The notes under the pieces were generated by a model, which was not told where the DNA came from, ran no database searches, and worked only from the letters and a program-made list of their open reading frames with translations. From Octopus vulgaris (taxonomy: Eukaryota), in assembly GCA_951406725.2 (NCBI GenBank), contig OX597815.1:105958001-106022000 (forward strand): DNA of 64,000 nt. The letters run 5' to 3'. Of the stretch, positions 63,551 to 64,000 are shown in pieces. A program made the translations under genes and the position numbers. Position 1 is the stretch's first letter. The number at the start of each line of letters is the position of its first letter.

Positions 63551-64000
63551 TCTCTGTTCGTGGGGGCAGTAAGTTGTATATAGAAGATTGAGAAGTGAGG
63601 GATGGTATCATATGTTTAGTTAAAAATAACAGCATTAATGTACAAAAGGAAGAGTATTGGAGTTATAATCTTTAGGTATACTAGAATTGATTGAATGCAA
63701 ATCATAGAGAGACCCATCAGTGCACACTAAAAGGAAATAATCTAACAGGAAACTGATTCAACAGATAGGAGATGAATACAGCCCACAGATGGGCAATTGT
63801 CATCTCAAATATGATCGATGTCTTTGTTAATCTCAAGATTATGATGTAATAGAGCATGACTACAGGAACTGCACTGCTTGATGGTTATTGAGGAAAGGGA
63901 ATGATTATGAATGTTTCCATCATCTTTGATATATTGGAAGTAAAGTGAGGGTGATAATTAAGTTGTTGGAATAGGTCAAAGAAATTTCTTTACTCAGGAA

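Noticed and set aside
60435-64000. MFSD12 exon 6 (expected V..LYM.TRL-like peptide)
   Set aside because: Not found; the acceptor-like site near 62609 gives an unrelated peptide with an early stop.
1-64000. CRISPR arrays, operons or other prokaryotic systems
   Set aside because: The sequence is eukaryotic (spliceosomal introns, SINEs/LINEs), and no regularly spaced repeat-spacer array was seen.

Overview
AT-rich, repeat-saturated eukaryotic DNA. The SINE/RTE repertoire looks like an octopod cephalopod genome; this is inferred from repeat families I recognise and is not verified. One host gene can be supported: the 5' half of an MFSD12 orthologue on the + strand. It has five phase-compatible coding exons: 21563-21582, 42661-42971, 53828-54035, 58810-58918 and 60252-60434 (277 codons; the rest lies beyond the window). 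A CpG-retaining promoter zone spans about 19.8-25.3 kb. Nearly every other ORF in the track is a transposon fragment or noise. Mobile elements include R4/Dong-type REL LINEs, RTE LINEs and tails, two tRNA-SINE families, Penelope-like (PLE) remnants, DD41D and DD34D Tc1/mariner elements, a full-length Chapaev3-type element, and hAT and piggyBac MITEs. The most unusual signal is a tRNA-headed, microsatellite-containing short element ending in a minimal type-I hammerhead ribozyme (3023-3305). A second copy has an R4/Dong LINE sitting in its (TAA)n tract. Other notable structure: further hammerhead-like motifs, RTE insertions into SINE-internal microsatellites, two large foldbacks at the start of MFSD12 intron 1, and inverted RTE tails bracketing exon 2. 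All alignments and folds were done by eye, and repeat boundaries without TSDs are approximate.
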